A stretch of 63,530 nt of DNA, the filler included, from Rhabdomonas costata (taxonomy: Eukaryota), in assembly GCA_019059605.1 (NCBI GenBank). It is 45 parts of 45 records of this genome, joined end to end, with 100 filler letters (N's around TTAATTAATTAA, not from the genome) between each part and the next. Parts side by side here need not be neighbours in the genome. Positions count along the whole stretch, not along the records: positions 24,045 to 25,358 come from JAHMHO010019704.1; positions 25,459 to 26,772 come from JAHMHO010019705.1; positions 26,873 to 28,186 come from JAHMHO010019706.1; positions 28,287 to 29,600 come from JAHMHO010019707.1; positions 29,701 to 31,014 come from JAHMHO010019708.1; positions 31,115 to 32,429 come from JAHMHO010019709.1; positions 32,530 to 33,845 come from JAHMHO010019710.1; positions 33,946 to 35,256 come from JAHMHO010019711.1; 37 more parts are not named here. One strand, given 5' to 3'. The position numbers and the translations under genes are program-made. Positions 24,878 through 38,547 of this stretch are shown piece after piece. Below the pieces are notes generated by a model. It made no database searches and was not told the DNA's origin. It saw nothing but the letters and a program-made list of their open reading frames with translations. The stretch's first letter is position 1. Every line of letters begins with the position of its first letter.

Positions 24878-25542
24878 GTGGGTCCTCCGCTGCGTGGTTT
24901 GCAGAGGCGGGCTGGGGAAGGGCACCACTTTTCTTGTTCTCCGGTTTCATAGTTTGTCATCGCTGACCTTTAGTGACCCTTTAATAACTGAATACCCTAC
25001 CCTGAAGTCAATGCTTCTGAAGACCAGGTGACCCCCGCCCCGTTACCCCCGATTTTACATGTTGGTTCTAAGAAATGCCAGCTGCGTTTTCATTCCTCCA
25101 AATCGGAGGGATGATTTGGAGCACCCCGAGAATTGTCAGCTAATCGTTCTTCTTTGGACCATATATCGAATGCAAAATATGGCACAAGGATAACTTCGGA
25201 GTCTGAAACTGAGACTTGCGCGCTAAAAGTTGCCTTTGTGTCAGGTGCAGTGATTTCTTTTTTTTACATCTATAAAATTGTCAGTTGTTTGAAATATATA
25301 GTTGAAAATTAGCAAGAGAAAAAATCGGTTTTCCCAAATGGGTGAGCTACCACACAAANNNNNNNNNNNNNNNNNNNNNNNNNNNNNNNNNNNNNNNNNN
25401 NNTTAATTAATTAANNNNNNNNNNNNNNNNNNNNNNNNNNNNNNNNNNNNNNNNNNNNTGGTGGAAGAGTTTCTGAAATGCTGTGAATGGAGTTTAGTAT
25501 TGCGTGTTTGGGATCCTTTGGGGTGTTGGGGTCCTTTTGCAG

Positions 25543-26720
25543 TGCATGGCTCAATTCTCACTGTGGTGGGGCTGCTGATATTCATCAGCATCACCAGTGT
25601 GACCAGCATTGCGCTGCTGCTGGTGGCCCACATCCTGGCCACAGTGGGACTGGAATGTCAACCTTCCCACTCATGGAGGACATATATGCATATTCTTTGT
25701 TTGCTTCAAACCGCAACTTCTTCTCCCCACACATCTTGCTTTGCTTCTGTCTCATCGTTTCTATGATTCCCACTTGGCCTTGTAAATCAAAGCCTCGTTG
25801 TTTGATTGCTCATAACTTTTTCTGCTACGAGCTCCGAACATTGTGCAAAAGGACACTGGGCGTGAATTAAGGGGACTGCATATTGATTTGCCCTCACTCG
25901 GTCGCTGGTCTCTGGCGCATTACTGTCCAAGCGGGCCCAACTCGCTCTTCAGCTACTTCGTTGCATGCTCAAAAATGAGATGGAGACATGGTCCACCACT
26001 GTTGTCTTGTGCAAGTGAAGTGTGCTGTAGTCGGATCTTTTTCCAGAGCATTCAGTACGCGATCATGACCTCGCTCCTCTCCGACTGCGTCACTGAGGAG
26101 CAAGTGGGCACCGGAAGTGGTATCTTTACCCTCAAGTGGGACTGTGGGATTGTGCGTGTAATAGATGCACTTCCGTTTGCATGATGGGTTAGCTGCTGCT
26201 CATGTTGAGCGGAATTACTGTGGCTTGTGGGGTCCATGACGATTTGTGTAACATTTAATGAGGAAGTCACGAACCCAATGCGAAATTAGGTCGCTTTGCT
26301 CAGTTGGAAATGAAACGAATTGTAACGATGTACAGCACGGTGTGTTTGTTTGTGTGTGTGGTGGAATTTTTTTTGTTTTCGATGCCCTTTTGCTGCAGGA
26401 GTGATCGCCATGCTGGCCATGTTAGGCTCTGGGTTTGGGTACAGCATGTTTGCCTGCCGGTGTGTTTTCCTCGACCCGTTTGCTTCCTTCTGATTAACAC
26501 CATTGGCTCCGGGCAGCCGTACCGTCTTTGCCGTGGACCAGTTTCTGTTCGCTTCTCGCTTTTGGCTTCTTTTCTGTGAGTTGTAGGATTTTGCGGCCTC
26601 CCGGGGTGGGCACTGTTAGGTTCTCGCTAACCGCCAGCTACCTGGGGTACATCATTTCTATCATTTGCTGCCTTGGCATCAGCGTGGTCTTCCTTCCCAA
26701 GAGCCTGGACCGCTACCTTG
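25543..26720 (+). CDS. MFS transporter, multi-exon (25543-25643, 26047-26119, 26399-26438, ~26587/26620-26720)
   Basis: Hydrophobic exons ILTVVGLLIFISITSVTSIALLLVAHILAT|SIQYAIMTSLLSDCVTEEQVGTGSG|VIAMLAMLGSG. The loop LLSDxVxxEQxGxxSG is MFS-typical. Confidence 0.75.
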
Positions 26721-29700
26721 GTGGGCTGCTCTCCTTCCCTCCCTCCCCCCCACCCTCCCCTGAGTTTGTTTGNNNNNNNNNNNNNNNNNNNNNNNNNNNN
26801 NNNNNNNNNNNNNNNNTTAATTAATTAANNNNNNNNNNNNNNNNNNNNNNNNNNNNNNNNNNNNNNNNNNNNGGGGGGGGAGGGGGGTTAGTGGCTCGTA
26901 GCCAACTCCGTTAGTAGTCTTCGTGCGTCGTAAAGGGGAGCAGAAGAGCAGCAGGGTAAAACGGCCTTCGAGCTGCAGCGGGGTTCTCTTCTTCTTTTCC
27001 TTTTGGCCTCTGGAGAGAATTGGAAGCTTCGAATAGTTAAGCCAAAGATGTGCACAAAATGAACGCTATTGAGCGAAAGCGTAAGGAGGGAGGGAGCTGC
27101 GCTTACCGGAGCCTGAGGGGGCGGCCCAGCGGCAGCTGCCAAAGGCGTCCACCCCAAAGCTGTCGCAGAACATCGGCAGAAGAGCTGTGAGGGGGCGAAT
27201 CATTAAGAACAGAAGACTTCTGCAGGAGGCGCAAGGGCAGTGGGTGGGGACAATTGAGACGGTTGCAGTGAAGTGGGGTGGCGCAAAACCCTTGAAGAGG
27301 GTCCTTTTGGGGAGTACGTTGTGAGGGACGTTGAGGACAAAAACCGTGTCTGGACTCCTTGTGCCCAGATTGACGTGTTGAAAAATCCTTCAGTTTGTCT
27401 GGGTGTAGTGAAAGCAAGGGCAACCTTCACAAGGAAGGCTTGAAGGTACAGTGGTGAGCAGGACCGGCTGCAGCTTCCGGTCCGTTTGGACCCAGTTAAG
27501 GCGGTGTCTCCTGCCAACAGTTAGTGGGCCCTTTTTTCGGTCGGCTGCTGACGGATCGTGGTGGTGGTGTCGCGAGAAGAGAAAAAGGATTACCTGCCTG
27601 ACTTCAGGCTCCCGCGGTGCCCATAGGATTTGAATGCGTTGATGAATATCGGTGTCGGCGCACTGTTGCACTCTGCTGACTGCACAGATCAGGCCTTTGA
27701 CACGTCTTGTCTTTGTTTCTTCATCCCAAGTGGAAGGGAAGGAAAGTGAAAGCCGGCTCATAGTGCTCATAGAGTCTGACCTGTGGACAGCTTCCCGGCC
27801 TGCTCAGTTGCTCCCTTGTTTCTAACTTTGTTCTGCGGGTACGGTACACTACAATGACCTGAAAGAGTCCTACAAACAGAGTCAGCACCCAGCAATACCA
27901 GGGGGTCGACTTTGGAAGCTGAGGTCTGCGGGGTACGAGGCCGCAGCCGCCGCCGCAGCAGCAGCAGCTACTCCAAAGACAGGTGTCGCTCCCACGGCAG
28001 CCACCAGAGGAACGCCACAATGGTACGCAGGCTCAGCCGGCGGGACACCGGGACCGGCCCCTTCCGGCACCGCGGGCTCGAGTGGGGCCACCGGAGGCAA
28101 GGAGGCAGCAGCTGGCGTGGCGGCCACAGACGCGGAGTCCTGAGCACCCCTCCCCCTTTTTCTAGCTTGCGCGCTTCCACAACACCNNNNNNNNNNNNNN
28201 NNNNNNNNNNNNNNNNNNNNNNNNNNNNNNTTAATTAATTAANNNNNNNNNNNNNNNNNNNNNNNNNNNNNNNNNNNNNNNNNNNNCCTCGTATCCGGGC
28301 TTGCAGTGCAAGATTGCAGTCTTTTTGGTCGGCGCTACATCCTTTTGATGTCATCTGCTCCCCCCCCCGGTGCTGTTTTTTCGTTTGAGTGCAGTGTCTG
28401 GCTTCTGCGTTTATGACAATGTGTTCCACATTGCCGTGCTGTTTGCGTCTTTACATCTTTGGCGTGTTGGAGAGCATGTGCGAAGCTGGCGAGTCTGTGT
28501 TAGTAACACCGTTTGTTTTACTGCTCACAGGTTTCCGCGAGCTCATTGCTCAGGTACCGTTTGAAAGGAAAGAGTTTGGGGTTACTGACGGGAGGGGATC
28601 GTGGGTCAGACAGAGATGATGCTGAATACTTCTCGTTCCGTTGTTCCGTTGTCTCGCTTCCTTTTCCTTACCGACGGTGATAGCCTGAGGCCTACACACC
28701 ACTCTTTTCTGGGGGGAACCTGTGCTGCCTGTGTTATACAAGGATAAGTACATAAGTACAGGTCTGTTCGCACCTGTTTTTGGTCGTCTTGGTTGAGTCC
28801 TGGTCGATCTTAGAGGGGCGCTACGCAACGCCAGACTTTATTGACTTTTGCCGACTGAAAGAAATGTGGGTGCTGGGATTCTGGTCGGACATTTGGGACA
28901 GAATTATTTAAACGTCAGAGGCCATCGCCGCAGCGGAAGTTTCATTCAGTGACACGCCCGGAGTTCTTCATGGGGTGGACGAAATTCCGTGCAGCACTGC
29001 TGAACGTTTAGCAGTTCAAAACGTCGGAACCGGTCAATTGTATTGCGCTGCTATTTCAGGGTACTGAGTTGTTTTACAATGGTTCAGCGATATCTTCACT
29101 TGCATTTAATCTTTAAAAGAAAGCGTGACGCAAAGGTCGGAGAGAATTGGACGTTTCGAAACACAAGGCGCGCAGTGGGCGGCTGAGGACCCTTTTCAGG
29201 GTTTGTTGAACCAGTGCTTACCGACCGAACCCGCCACTTTTCTGGCTGTTTATTTAGTGGTTGTGGTGGGGCATTCAAATGTGTTAATCTTTTGGAAGAA
29301 TGGGTTTAGGTGCGCCCAAGATGGATATTGTTTAGTTCAAGGGAAGGGGAGGGAGGTTACAGGAAACGCGACCGTTTATGAGTGCAACGCCGCCCCCCTC
29401 CCAAGTGCAATTCTTTGGTCAATTCCCTGTCTTTTCGCGGCTCATCTTGTTCCCCTGCTTTTGTATGGTGCAAGTGTGTGGCTTGGGTTGTGTGTCTTCA
29501 GCCAGTTCACCGCGCCTCCCTCCCGGGCGGCAGCCTCTGCTGACCCCCAGGGCAACCTTCTGCTGGACATCTTCCCAACCCCACCCAAACACCCCAACAC
29601 NNNNNNNNNNNNNNNNNNNNNNNNNNNNNNNNNNNNNNNNNNNNTTAATTAATTAANNNNNNNNNNNNNNNNNNNNNNNNNNNNNNNNNNNNNNNNNNNN

Positions 29701-29785
29701 GGGTGGTGGGTAACTCGCTCGCGCCATCGGACGGCATAGAAGTACCTCGGATACCTGAAGACGATGAAGAAAGAAACAAGCCTAC

Positions 29786-30963
29786 CTGCATCTGACGGAT
29801 CTCCCAAAGCCACGACAGCTGCGTCGACTCCAACCCCATGTCGAGAGCCACGTCCATTCGCGCCCCTCTCTAGATAGGCTGCCAAGGCACGCAGCGGCCG
29901 CGTGATGGCCAGACTGAAGACCACCGCGGACAGAATGGCCCCGGTAAGGATCCCCACGGCGATGCATATGGAGGCAATGACCCCAGTGCGGAAGTTGATG
30001 TCTGCATTGGCGTTGGTCTCCTGCACCTGGAGCTGGACGGCGGCCATCATGGACCCCATCTGGGAAGGAACCCGTATATCCCCTCAGCAAGGGAAAGGGC
30101 GAGAAAATCGATAGGATAGAGCGTACCTCGGAGCGCAGCTAAACAACCAAATCATCGTCAACAACCTCACGACACCCAAGAGACCCTTAAAGAGTTGAGA
30201 AAGCCGCGGTACTCGTCTGTTCGGACTAACCCAAAGTGGCCTCAAGGGCACATTCACACAGAGCATTCCGGCCCGCTGCCAGCAGTATCATTAGCAGAAG
30301 TATAGCTGGGCTCTACCCTTCCCTACGCTAAGCAGAACTGCAAGGGTCCGAATAGGGCACCTCAGTCCCTTGAAGTCTTGAAGTCTCGCGCGCTATGATT
30401 CTGTCCTTACCATTTTTCGCTCTCCGCTTCTGAGCACCCCAGTCCCAAAAAAAGTACCCAAGGCCTTCCAACTTTGAAAATTTGAAAAGTCCAAAACGGA
30501 CACTGAAGCTGTCATAACGGGGCGTCGAGATGCAGCCAGAGACTGAGAAGCTGCCCGCAAACCCATTTCTACAGCGCAACTCCGCAAGCACTTTATCTTA
30601 AACGAAACCAGCACGTACCTGCATGCTGGCCATAGTTCCAGCGTTTTCGAGCTCTAGCAGGACACTAGCGGACTGCTCCGCAATGCTCTGCCGCAGCGCT
30701 GCGAAGGAGTCCAGGACCAACCCCTGGACAAGCCGCACCGGAAGCACGCACACCGCCACCCAGTCCAGGTTCAGCACCTGTACCCGGGCGGTCCGAACAA
30801 AGTACTCCGCGGTCAGCCCCGTGGTCAGGTTCGTCAGGTTCAGTGTATCAACCGTGCCAAAGCTCAGGTTGGCCCAGCTGCCGTACTTCTGCAGGAGCAA
30901 CCGCGCAGACTGGTTCACGATGGCCTCGGGATAGGCCAGCACGTTTTCAATGGGACGGAAGGA
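29786..30963 (-). CDS. Cache-TM-HAMP receptor (probable receptor nucleotidyl cyclase); exons 30619-30963 and 29786-30059, frameshift near 29863
   Basis: Cache end motif LNLDWVAVCVLP, coiled linker, TM (VIASICIAVGILTGAILSAVVF), HAMP-like AITRPLRALAAYLE...MDV...SWLWEIRQMQ. GT-AG boundaries. The output domain is not visible. Confidence 0.75.
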
Positions 30964-31169
30964 CTGAAGAAAACAACAGTCAGGGAATAACATACACGCC
31001 TAACCACCCCACAANNNNNNNNNNNNNNNNNNNNNNNNNNNNNNNNNNNNNNNNNNNNTTAATTAATTAANNNNNNNNNNNNNNNNNNNNNNNNNNNNNN
31101 NNNNNNNNNNNNNNTGTGGGTATGTTGTTTTTTTTATGTTTTCTTCTAATATTTTTTTGCGCTACCCAG

Positions 31170-31297
31170 CCCGGACGGGAAGCTGGTGTTCCCTTCGGGC
31201 AAGGACGTCGACTCCTCCTCCATTTTTCTGTCGCCCCGTACCCCGCACGCCCGGCCGCCTGGCATCATGCAGATGATGGCGGACTTCATGTACGCAG
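31170..31297 (+). CDS. Probable exon of unknown protein
   Basis: cccag| PDGKLVFPSGKDVDSSSIFLSPRTPHARPPGIMQMMADFMYA |gttgg, high GC at third positions. Confidence 0.4.
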
Positions 31298-33035
31298 GTT
31301 GGAGGCCTCGTCTCGGCCACATCACGGCATCCTCCCGTGTGCAGAATCTATTCATGCCCAAACAACCTCTGTGGGATAGGACAGCACATATTGCCCATAG
31401 TCGCCTTAAAAGCGATAGGTGAAAAAAGTCAGGTTTTGGACCTAAGAGGATTTTAGGATTGTAAAAATGTCTTCCTGTGTAAACCATGACTCTAAAACAT
31501 CATTATGTCTCCGGTTTTTCTTACCACTTCCCCGCTTTACCACTTAGCCGCTTTTTTATATAGAAGAGCTGCTTTGTTAACTTTGTAAGAATAAGCATCG
31601 AAAAATGGGCAAACTCATTTTCACCTTAAACTCAGAACTGCACCACAACCCATGGCTGGGTTTAAACCCGATCTATACGTACGTATATAGGGTATATAGG
31701 GTACACATGGCAGCGCTTGGGAATCCCGGTACCAGAAATGAAAGTTATTTTCTCGCAGGTGGTTAGGACGCCGTGCACGTGCGAGGGGGGGGGGAGACCC
31801 CCCAGGCAACTTACCCAGGATTAGGGAGTGTTGTTTCCGGCACAGATTTGCTATGTTTACCTTGTTTGACCTCGAGAGTCTTTGTTCTGAAGGGGAAGGT
31901 TGAGAGCTTTTTTATCCAAGTATGGAGTTCTTGCTGCCAAGGCCAAGTGTCCTTCCTGTGTGGCTCCTTTGGTGGGTGGCGCAGCGATAGAGGATCCGCT
32001 TATCGCTATTGCAAATCATGCAGGCGGAAGGCTTTGGGAAGGCTTCCTCTCTCTTGGAAGGGGGTAATCTCCCTTTAGAGAAGTCTGGCTGAAGTCAAGG
32101 CTGGATGCTTTCAGTGAATGTGACTCTTTCTCCTTTGTACCGGGATTCCCAAGTTTTGCCTTACGAAAGTATGTAAATTAGTTATATCAGATTAGTGTTT
32201 GTTTTGATCTCTAATGACTGGATAAAATCTTCTGTATGCTTCATATATTACATTGTCTGCCCCGTACATATATATTAATTGCTGTTTCACAACGAAAAAA
32301 CACAGTCCAGTGTTCAAAGTCCGGCACACACAACAGCCGCACAGATGCAAAGAGAAGAGAACGTGAGTGCGGGAAAACAGTACAGTTTGAAGGGAGGAAC
32401 AATAACAAAAGCTTTCAAGCAGTCAATGANNNNNNNNNNNNNNNNNNNNNNNNNNNNNNNNNNNNNNNNNNNNTTAATTAATTAANNNNNNNNNNNNNNN
32501 NNNNNNNNNNNNNNNNNNNNNNNNNNNNNTTTGTGGGGAAACTTGGGATGACGGCTGGGACCCTAACCAGGCACCTGCTCGCTACCATGGGAGAAGTCCT
32601 GGTTGATGGTGGGGCCACGTACGTGGTCGCGTGGTAGATTCGAGCCGATTTTGATCCCTTGCTGTATCTGTACCGGTGTGTACCCTCATCACCCAACCCT
32701 GTGTGTGTGGTACGTTTTTTTGGGGGTGGGGGAATTTGTCACGTTTGTTTCTGTATCAGGGTGGGAACGGGTGTATTTTCCAGTTACTCGAATCCCGCTC
32801 TCCCAGGCCAACCTGTGGTCATTTGTCGGTTAAAGAAAAGGTGTGTGGATGGAGGCATGTGCGGATGGAGGCATGTGCGGAAAATCGACGATGGATAGGT
32901 TTTTGGCTTTGCATACACGTGGAAGAGAACGTGTCCGACACCACTTCGGTTCACAGACTTGCCGCATCGCTATGGGAAACTAATCCGTGGTTTGTACCGT
33001 CCGTGGCCGTTGCCTTCCCATACTCCCTGGCACAG

Positions 33036-33716
33036 GACGTTTCAGAGACATGCGCGGCATCCCTCCCTGTGGACCCGGCTGGACCTCTCGCGGACCGGAC
33101 GCCACACCCACCCCGCCCGCTACGATAGGCTCGCCCTGGTCCGGCTGCTAAGCTTCCCTGCAGTGTCCCCATCCAGGTGGCGTGCTCTTTCACGGGGTTC
33201 CAATGCACTGGGGAAGCCAGAGCGGGTTCCTCCTCCCAGCAAACCGTTTGCGGCTGCCTGCCTCCTCCTTTCACAGTGGAACGCATTGCATATGTTCTAG
33301 TGGGCGGTGAGCTTCCTCGTTAACTTTGCGGCAAGATGAATGCGGCTGCTCAACGTCCCGCGACCTTTGGAGCTTGACGCCACGTACGGTGGAAAATAGA
33401 AATTATGGTTTCACTCAGCAGTTTTGCATGCTGTGCATGCGGTGCATACTGACCTTTCCAGAGAGTTCTGAGAGCGCGACTGAGGGCCTGGGGATGGCCT
33501 TATTTTTACATGTGATTGTCCCTTCAGTTCTCGGGAAGCCCTTGAAGCCGCCGCAGCCTCTGGTGCAGCCTCCTCCACGACCACTGCCCAAGGTGTGGCT
33601 GAGCTCGACCTCAGCTTCACCGAATACACCGACGAGGAGTTGCACCTTTTGCTGCGGCACAGCGGCGGGGCGTTGAGGAGGCTTAGCCTGCGGGGCTGCG
33701 AGAGCCTCTCCCCCAG
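33036..33716 (+). CDS. F-box/LRR protein; exons ~33036-33176 and 33528-33716
   Basis: RTFQRHARHPSLWTRLDLS (F-box C-terminal signature), then VAELDLSFTEYTDEEL..LL...LRRLSLRGCESLS (cysteine-containing LRR). Confidence 0.8.
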
Positions 33717-34474
33717 GCACACTATGCTCCCCCTACCCCCTCCGGTCGCTATCCACCTTCCACTGAGACCGTTCCCAGTTCTTCACCTATTCACCAAGCA
33801 CTCTTGGTGTCCCGGGCACTCGACTGCTTCTCTTTTTGTTTTGCGNNNNNNNNNNNNNNNNNNNNNNNNNNNNNNNNNNNNNNNNNNNNTTAATTAATTA
33901 ANNNNNNNNNNNNNNNNNNNNNNNNNNNNNNNNNNNNNNNNNNNNGTTGTTGTTTATTGCTGCAGGGTGTCTCTGATTTGCATCGCCGGCTGCTCAAGCA
34001 TTTCAACCTCAGCACTACCTCGGCGTCGGGTCGAGCCTCGCTGTCTCCTCCTAACTTGGCGGTGTCCCCCTCGAGCGCGCTGAGCTCCACAGGTTCCTTT
34101 CTATGATTTTGCCGCCGTCTTTAAGCCCGAAAGGGGCCCAGCCCTCAGACCCTCAGACCCAATGCTCATCATACAACAACACGAAAGAAATGTGTGGGTA
34201 ATGGGCGAATTCTGAGTACACATTTTGTTAAGATCGGTTCAGTTTAATGGGGATTTTGAGAGGCCTTTTATGCTGTTTGTGGTTTCACAAAAGCATTTTT
34301 TGTGAACGCTTGACGGTACTGCTGCTGAAATATGTCCTTCCTTTCCTGTGTTCGGTTGTGTGTTTTAAGTGATTAATTACATGACAGACGGAGTGCTGGC
34401 AAATTAACATTTTAGTTGTTTTGAAATTTCTCGGGAAAACCTAAGTTGCATATGCCGTCCCCCCGCAGCTTTAC

Positions 34475-35127
34475 CGGACTTCCCCGACGGCCCACTCTCC
34501 ACGGCGCGGTCGGCGTTGGTGCGGGTAACGTCACGCACGGGCTTCTTCCAGAGGAGGTCCTTCGCTACGCGGTCGTTCATGGCGTGGTGGTAGCCTCCCG
34601 CGGCATGGTCCTTCTCCTGAACACCCCACCCCGAACGAGACCCAATCATCCGGAGACCATACCCCCCTGATGCCCTATTCCAAACAGGAGGCAATAGACG
34701 ATACGTCAAGGTCGCACCTGGGTGCGGGTACAATACCTAGATAACACAAATCAAAACTCACCGTGTGCCGAACGAGAAGAAGCCACTGGTCCTGCGAACA
34801 CTTTCCTTCTCTGGTCCTGCTATACATTGGGGACCATGCAACTCAAAGCATCTCGGACAAATCAAGGAAGCGCATTCCTCGCCACCAGTCTTCCGTGACT
34901 CCACACCAGGAGAAAACTACGGGAGGACACCGCGAACAAACCAGGAACCAAAACAAAACAGCTCAACAAGCAGGGGAGGGGGAGACTGGACAGACCTGCA
35001 GCGAGCCCTGCACCTTCTTGTCCATGAGGTCCAAGAGGTCCTCCATGATCTGCCACACCCCGGCCATCCCAAAGAACTGGTCGCGGTGGATGATCGGCGC
35101 CGAGATGAAGCCTTCCTTCGACAGCGT
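34475..35127 (-). CDS. CBS-domain protein (AMPK-gamma/Sds23-like), multi-exon; clearest exon 34996-35127
   Basis: TLSKEGFISAPIIHRDQFFGMAGVWQIMEDLL resembles the CBS motif LxxxxIxSAPVxD...FxG. A later exon has LLWKKPVRDV. Confidence 0.55.
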
Positions 35128-36609
35128 CTGTGCCCCGCGGCGTGGATGGGGAATGAAGGAGAGAAAGTCACAAAGTCACGGCCCCCACACCCCACCATAC
35201 ATATGCACACCGAACAGAACATGATGAGCACAGGGGACCCCGGAACCCGGTATTATNNNNNNNNNNNNNNNNNNNNNNNNNNNNNNNNNNNNNNNNNNNN
35301 TTAATTAATTAANNNNNNNNNNNNNNNNNNNNNNNNNNNNNNNNNNNNNNNNNNNNTGTGGTGGGTGTGGTTGGGGGGTGTTGGTCTGTGCTTTTTTTTG
35401 CCGGTTTGCCGTGCTTTTTTGGTTATCCTCCTTTTTCCATTCAGTCCGGTCTTATATTATTTGGGCATTGCAGCAAAAGGTGTTTCAAATTTGGTCGGCT
35501 CGTGCGCCTTTTTGTGTTTGCGGGTGCCACCCAAATTCGGGAGTGGTGGGTGTTAGCAGAAATCATTGCTTTTCTTTCATTTTCAAAAAGGAAAATGTTT
35601 TTTTTCTGCCTCTGGCGCCACGTAGCACTATTGGCAAGTTTCAGGCAGCATGTCAAGCCCCCCCGCCCTCCCTCGAAAGCAGGAATCGTAGTTTCTCTTC
35701 GCTTTATGTTTGTTCTTCAGAGCCCCTTGGGTGGAAAAGCTTCGCGGGCACCGCAGAATGACTATATTCCGGAGGTATACATCCTGGGTGGTCCTAGAAT
35801 TGGGGCCAGCGTTGGGGAAGAGCCAATAGCGAACTAGATTGGTCTCATCCTCGGCGAATTTGAAATCTTCGGGTGGCATCTCATCCGATGGTGGTGGTCT
35901 TTTCTTTTACTCCGGCCTGAGCAAAAAACTGGCTGGTTTACCTTTTTCAGTGGCCCCACACTCACGGGGGGCCTCTTCAATTATTTTTTGGGGGGGGTTA
36001 AACGTTTAGCACTGTTAACAAACGGTCACAAATTTCCAAAGAAAAAATCAAATTAAAATAGGTGTGTGTAGGGGTCAGAAAAACAGCATACCTAACCCCA
36101 TTTTGCTAAAGTATGGCCCGCATCACCTAAAAAGTAGAAGGTTGAAATCGGCTTGAAAGAATAAGCGCAGCCTATATGCTCTGGAGTTTTTTCACCACCC
36201 GTTGTAGCTTCTAAGTCCGAAAACGCCTGATTTAGTGCACACTTTTGTAAGTTGTGACTTTTTGAGATGACGCGGACAATATATGCATTTTGAGATAGTT
36301 GAAACAGTTTACCTAACCCCCGTGTCCTAAAAAAATAGCATCTGATTCGGACGTTTAGCAGTGCTAAAAAAAAAGGGAGCGTCGCCCATGGAACATCCCA
36401 GCCCATCCGCCCGCTCCGGCCGCCGACATCGCACCTTAACTAATTAAAAATCCCTTTTTATTGCCATCTCCTGGGAACTGTTCGGCGCTCTTGCGTTCTG
36501 ACTTGAATCTTTATGCTAAACGTCCCCCCCCCCATACAATCGAGGTAAAGCTGCCAAGGGGCGTCTTAGGATAGGGCAGCTTTACTTTTCTTTCCACCAT
36601 CGCTCTCCT

Positions 36610-36611
<2 letters not shown>

Positions 36612-36649
<38 letters not shown>
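36612..36649 (+). repeat. (GT)n microsatellite
   Basis: Read directly from the sequence. Confidence 0.97.
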
Positions 36650-36650
<1 letters not shown>

Positions 36651-36845
36651 CATTTGTCTTTACAACAACCCCNNNNNNNNNNNNNNNNNNNNNNNNNNNN
36701 NNNNNNNNNNNNNNNNTTAATTAATTAANNNNNNNNNNNNNNNNNNNNNNNNNNNNNNNNNNNNNNNNNNNNGGGGGGTTGTGTCTCGACAAGTCTGGCA
36801 AATTTTCTGTCTGGATCAGGAGGAATGAGACAGTGAAAGAGCAAC

Positions 36846-36998
36846 CTTCGCGAGAAACTCCGGAGGGTCGGCCTTCCACCGCCAGGCTTTGGTGACGGGG
36901 TTGGTGTGGTGCCTCCAGCAGAACACGCACTTGTTCGCGCACGCCAGCGAGGGGGTCATCTCCATGCACTGGAAGCTGGAGATCCCGTAGAACGTATG
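36846..36998 (-). CDS. TYW1: Exon of radical-SAM tRNA wybutosine synthase TYW1
   Basis: HTFYGISSFQCMEMTPSLACANKCVFCWRHHTNPV..WRWKADPP, with the CxxxCxxC motif in TYW1 context. 51 codons, AG/GT bounded. Confidence 0.96.
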
Positions 36999-38547
36999 CT
37001 GTAGCACACAGGGAAATGAGAAAAACCAAGCAGGGAATGCCAAAGGCAGCGAAAGAGAGGACGGGAGGAAGCACATGATGCCCCCCCCCATTGAGGAAGA
37101 GCAGCTTCATAGGAATCCGTATAGGAATCCGTGTAGGAATCCATCATCTCCACACTTCGCTCAGTCGGAAGTGAGCCCCCCCCCAAAAAAAAATTGCGGC
37201 ATGCCGGGCCGGGTTTCGCAGGCTTGCCGGAGGAGCACGCAGAGCGCAGCGTCCAGGGACATTGTTTATATCGCAACGCGAGAACAGAGCAACAGCAACT
37301 GCTGCTTCAGAGCAAAGCAGCAGCGAGCGGTTCTGGAGTCACAAGTCACAACGAGAAGCTATGGGAGCAGTCTGCAAACACGCTGGCACAAATAAGAGGC
37401 ACGCTGAACCTTGTAACAGCCCCCGCGGCCCCTCAGCATGGCCTTTGTCCACCGGCACAGCTTCACCGCAGAGTGAGTGCCGAAGAGCTTGTAGCCCTGC
37501 ACCAAAAAACATACACACTGGCACACACACCCGTCAGGCAAACCCTGCGCAATTGGGGCCTCACTGCTGTGTCCCCGCGAAGAAAGTTTTTTCTCCCAAA
37601 CTGGAGTTCCAGATAACCGTATTACCCGCTCCGGCGCTCTTACATTATACGTGCCCTCCCCCCCCAAGACCAGTTCAAGATTGCGTTCCCGAGATTATGC
37701 AGGGGGTTGGGGGCGATGCATGATGCATGTGCCCCCTGGGATTCCAATAGAAGATTCTGCAGGGATTAGGGGGTGATACACATGCCCCCTGGTATAAGAG
37801 CCAAGGGAAGGGGTCCGGGGATAATCTTCCTTTGACTTGGAAAAAGGCCTTCCGGGCGCTTACACTCTCATCTTCTGGTTTTTCTTCTTTTCCTCCCGGA
37901 GAATATTCCGTCTTTCGAACCATTCAAATAAAAAACCACTGCTAGTAAAGGGAGACATATTCTGTAAGAGAGAGGGACGCAATCTTGAATTGACCATACA
38001 GGGGGAGGGGGAGGGCGTAAAATTGAAGTTCGCCCCCGCTTCATTAAAAAGACCACTTCATTGCGAATAACTTCGGAAAAACAAACNNNNNNNNNNNNNN
38101 NNNNNNNNNNNNNNNNNNNNNNNNNNNNNNTTAATTAATTAANNNNNNNNNNNNNNNNNNNNNNNNNNNNNNNNNNNNNNNNNNNNGTGGTTGGGGTGAA
38201 GGCCGCCTGGATGGGATACGTAGCTCAGGAAAAGCAATGAATGAGTTTTGAGTCGGTTCCTCTGGTAAACGCTGCTTAGTCTTTACGCTTTCAGTTCTTT
38301 CGATGAAAACGTCCGTTCAAAAAGCAGTCCATGAACAAAGCCTCGTGCACTGAACAAAGACGAACCCAAGAGTTCCGTAAAGAGCAAAGACAAGGAATGA
38401 GCATTCAATGGGAAGGACGAGAGATAGTGGGGACATGGCTTGAATGGCAGCATATTAAAGCCCTCCTTTTCTAATGACGGCCACAAAACAGAGACTTCAA
38501 AAGAGCACAGAGAAAAAGCAAATCCGAAGAAACCAAGGAGGAATTAC

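Noticed and set aside
33121..33180. GC donor at 33129 in the F-box gene
   Set aside because: A same-phase GT donor exists at 33177 with plausible coding sequence in between.
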